This document shows, in pieces, positions 60,851 to 64,000 of a stretch of DNA of 64,000 nucleotides. Numbering within the stretch: the stretch's first letter is position 1; every line of letters begins with the position of its first letter. The stretch lies in the NCBI GenBank assembly GCA_965287045.1, contig OZ336877.1, forward strand, positions 51,150,001-51,214,000, given 5' to 3'. The DNA comes from Carcharhinus amblyrhynchos (taxonomy: Eukaryota). Below the pieces are notes generated by a model. It was not told the DNA's origin, did no database searches, and was given only the letters and a program-made list of their open reading frames with translations. A program made the translations under genes and the position numbers.

Positions 60851-61712
60851 TCTGTCACCATCAAAAGAATGTGGATGTGTTTCACACCATTATGTAGGGG
60901 AGCAGGACAAAACATTAAAAGCCCGGCTACACTGAGATCAGTGTGCCATGCTTAAAGGGTGGCCCGATCAGAGGACAAAAATAATCCATCTCGGATCAAC
61001 ACCTCCCCCCCAGCCAAGGTCTCAGGGTTTTCCGCCTGCGTGTGATCAGAACAGGCATCACCCCACCCACACTCCCCCTTGCAACATGACCACCCCCCCA
61101 CCCCATCTCAAGATCAAAGTCAATACTCCACATCCACCCCCCACCCCCCCCACTCCATGTCTGGGTGAACCTATTGTAAACCTCACCAGTGTGCACGAAA
61201 GTATGGTGAGTGGTCAATGGATGACAGGGCAGGGAGGGGGAGGGGTGTTTGATTATACACAAATATCTTAAAGACATACTGAAATCAGTTTCACACCCAC
61301 GATTATCCTCTCAGCGAGGGGCAGCAAAAATTGGAAAATGCGAGCAAGATTCGAGCTTTCTGAGTTTTGCCGGATCCTGAAGTCCTGTTGCCATTTCCAC
61401 AGTTGATGAGAGTGGGCTCAGGATCCCACCCAGTGTTCACCATGAGTGCCAGGTACTGTGCAGCAATTACTAAATTTACCTCCTTTTGCAGAGAAATCTA
61501 CCATCAAGAAGATGATAAGTAAATAAGAACACAGGGTACTCCCCAGGTTACACCGACTTGGAAATGTACTACATTTTTTTTAAACCATTCCTAGACCAAA
61601 CTCTTGGGATTCCCTACTCACCATGATCATAACTGTACTTTAGCACAAAGAATGCAAGTTGCACTTACTAAAAGCTCACCATTTTTTCAAGCAATCAGGA
61701 TGGACAATCTTA

Positions 61713-62040
61713 AAATCCCTACAGTGTAGAAGCAGGTTATTCAGCCCATCGAGTATGCACGGACTCTCTCAGAGAGAGCATCTTACCCTATCTCTGTAAC
61801 TTCACATATTTACCCCGTTAATCTCCCCAAGCTACACATCATGGGCCACCAATTTAGCCTGGCCAATCAACCTAACCTACGTATCTTTGGAATGCAGGAG
61901 GAAACCAGAACACCTGGAGGAAACCCACATGGATACAGGAGGAACGTGCAAACTCCACATAATCACTTGAGGCTGGAATCGAACCCGGGTCGCTGGCGCT
62001 GTGAGGTAGAAGTGCTAACCAGTGTGCCACCATGCAGCCG
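61713..62040 (-). mobile_element. HE1-like V-SINE
   Basis: atccctacagtgtagaag..gtgcaaactccaca..aatcgaacccgggtc..gtgctaaccagtgtgccacc. Confidence 0.87.
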
Positions 62041-62097
62041 CAATGATATACTCTTTCCAGTGTCTTTTTAGGTCATGGGAATAAATTATAAAACTTT

Positions 62098-63000
62098 GGG
62101 TGGAATCTTACTAAAATATTTCAAGTGTCAGGCTCAGATTGAAAAAACAGCATGAAACTCTTCAGCTCCACAGACCAATTTCCTCTCCAGATCTTCAGCC
62201 TCTTACACTAAAAAAAGAGTGGACAAGGTTGATGCTGTCACTCTAGCAGAATGAAGCCTCCTTAAGGCAACAAGTCCAGCTCCACAGATATCAGGGGGCC
62301 ATCTTTAAAAGGTGCCCCAATCAGAATATAAAATAAACCTTCCCACCACAGAGATATCAGGGGCTCTCCCCCCATCTACTCTGCCCTGACAATCATCACC
62401 AACATTGCCTTCTCCAAAAATCCCCCCCTCCACTGAAAAGTATCTCTGCATTCCCTCTCCCCCAACAAGTATGGCCAGCATCACCCCCTCAGTGCCTGCT
62501 CACCACCCCCCTCCACACACATACATATAAATGACCACCCTTCCCCAATGGGTTGCCCACAAGGGCTCACCTCTGGCACAGGTTGGCACTGTGCCAACCT
62601 GTGCCAAATGGAAGTGCCAGGGGAGCGCCAGCACACTGCCTGATTATGTCCCTCTCCCCTAAGGGCTATACTTACCCCTTTGCCTCCTGAGGGATCTACT
62701 TGATTGTCTCTCATTTGGCCAAAACTGTTGTGATGTCATGTGGGCGAGTTATGAATATTTAGTGAGGTGGATCATGTGGTGGGGAGGGCGGTTAATAATA
62801 TTTAAATTCAAGTAATTCCATTTCAATGAGGTTTTTGATCTTTGTGGGTGCTAACCTTGTGATGTTGCCACTGGCGAGAGGTGGGTAAAATTGGGAAGCG
62901 CAATCTCTCTGCGGAGAATCGTGTTTCCCAAGTCTCTCTGGATTCTCTGTTCACATCACCATTCTCTCTAACGGAGAATATGGGTTGAAAATCCCCCTCC
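62098..63000. repeat. Degraded interspersed repeat, possibly a non-autonomous DNA transposon
   Basis: Begins gggtggaatctta and ends aaatccccc, with a C-rich interior. The start motif recurs at ~57340 (ggcagaatcttac). Confidence 0.4.
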
Positions 63001-64000
63001 CCCAATACCTTTGCAGCTCAGTCTGGCATTTGGACATGACATATGCCATCAGTGAGCTTTGTTATTGTTTAAAACATGTGCGAGAACGTTAGGGAGAAAG
63101 TTCAAAGAGTTTTTAACAACAGTTGTCTGGTATCAAAGCACAAAATAAAGATGAGGAAATCTCACTCTGCTTTGATTCAGAGTTTATTTAGGTCTTTACA
63201 CTCAATGTGTACTCTAAGTTAAACATTTGTACAATGCCATTCTGGCTGGTAATAAATTAATTTATTGTACTCATTCACAGCCATCTTTGCCCAAATGTTT
63301 ATTGTTTCACAGAGAAATAGGAAGCTCAGATGAATATTTAATTCCATAATTCATTATCAATGCAAACAAAGCAACACAGGTTTTATATGAAAGTAAATTA
63401 CTGCAGATGCTGGAATCTGATTTTAGTTTTCTATCAGTCCCCATTCAAAAAGAAAAGGTGCTCTTTCTGCTATAACAGAGAACTACTGCCCTAAACTTCT
63501 AGTTGAGTTACAATAGCAGGCGAAAGGCAGTTCTACTTATTATAATATCATAGAAATTTGCAATGAGGCATATACGGGTGTTGAATTAACAATGATTCAA
63601 GCACAACTATATAAATCTGAGAATCATGATCACCTTGTCTACAGTGTATATAGCATAGTTACCCATTATGATGGAATTGCACAAGTCCCTTTATACTGAC
63701 ACTATTGTGAGCTGATGCCACTCAGTCTCCTGCTTGCTGCTTTTTTATGCCATGCCCAGTGATGTCTGCTCAACTGAAGTTAAAATTGCCTCAGGCTGAC
63801 TTATTCAGTACCTCTGGGTAGCTTGTGATGTAATCCCTGAGAGTAAAATGCAAGCAAGCTAATTATATAAAGAATCAGTTTTTTTTATACATATAATCTG
63901 CTCCTTTCCACCTCACCCATTGGCGTACTACTTAATACTGTAAATATTTAAAGTCCTCATTATGGCTGATGATCATCACCATCACATTAATGCGAGGCAA

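Noticed and set aside
4134-62040. tRNA genes at the SINE heads, and all five V-SINEs lying on the minus strand
   Set aside because: The A/B-box heads belong to SINEs, not tRNA genes. Five copies are too few to show an orientation bias, and a related tail at 1050-1120 is on the plus strand.
1-64000. CRISPR arrays, operons or prokaryote-type defence and RT systems
   Set aside because: There are no regularly spaced repeat-spacer arrays or gene-dense segments. All RT and endonuclease-like peptides belong to decayed eukaryotic retrotransposons.

Overview
This is eukaryotic, AT-rich vertebrate DNA, almost certainly from a shark or other elasmobranch, judged by its HE1/V-SINEs, HER1/CR1 LINEs, a SacSINE1-like DeuSINE and Penelope-like elements. 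It contains the 3' half of a large minus-strand gene recognisable as ZFHX4 (zinc finger homeobox 4). Six phase-compatible coding exons can be assembled: 46522-46641, 38291-38424, 37463-37663, 32838-32958, 24716-30244 (four homeodomains plus C2H2 fingers) and 7237-8714. A TE-free 3' UTR of about 2.7 kb follows, ending near an AATAAA at 4517-4522. I could not find any upstream exons in the window. The introns hold nested retrotransposon debris and two long TE-poor tracts that look regulatory. Notable points are a (QA)31 expansion in the protein, a near-perfect 65-bp intronic inverted repeat, several short locally templated insertions and fold-backs, decayed hammerhead-like motifs in Penelope terminal repeats, and a young intact CR1 3' end. 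I found no convincing new multi-gene system. Comparisons to human ZFHX4 and the repeat family names come from memory, not from a search.
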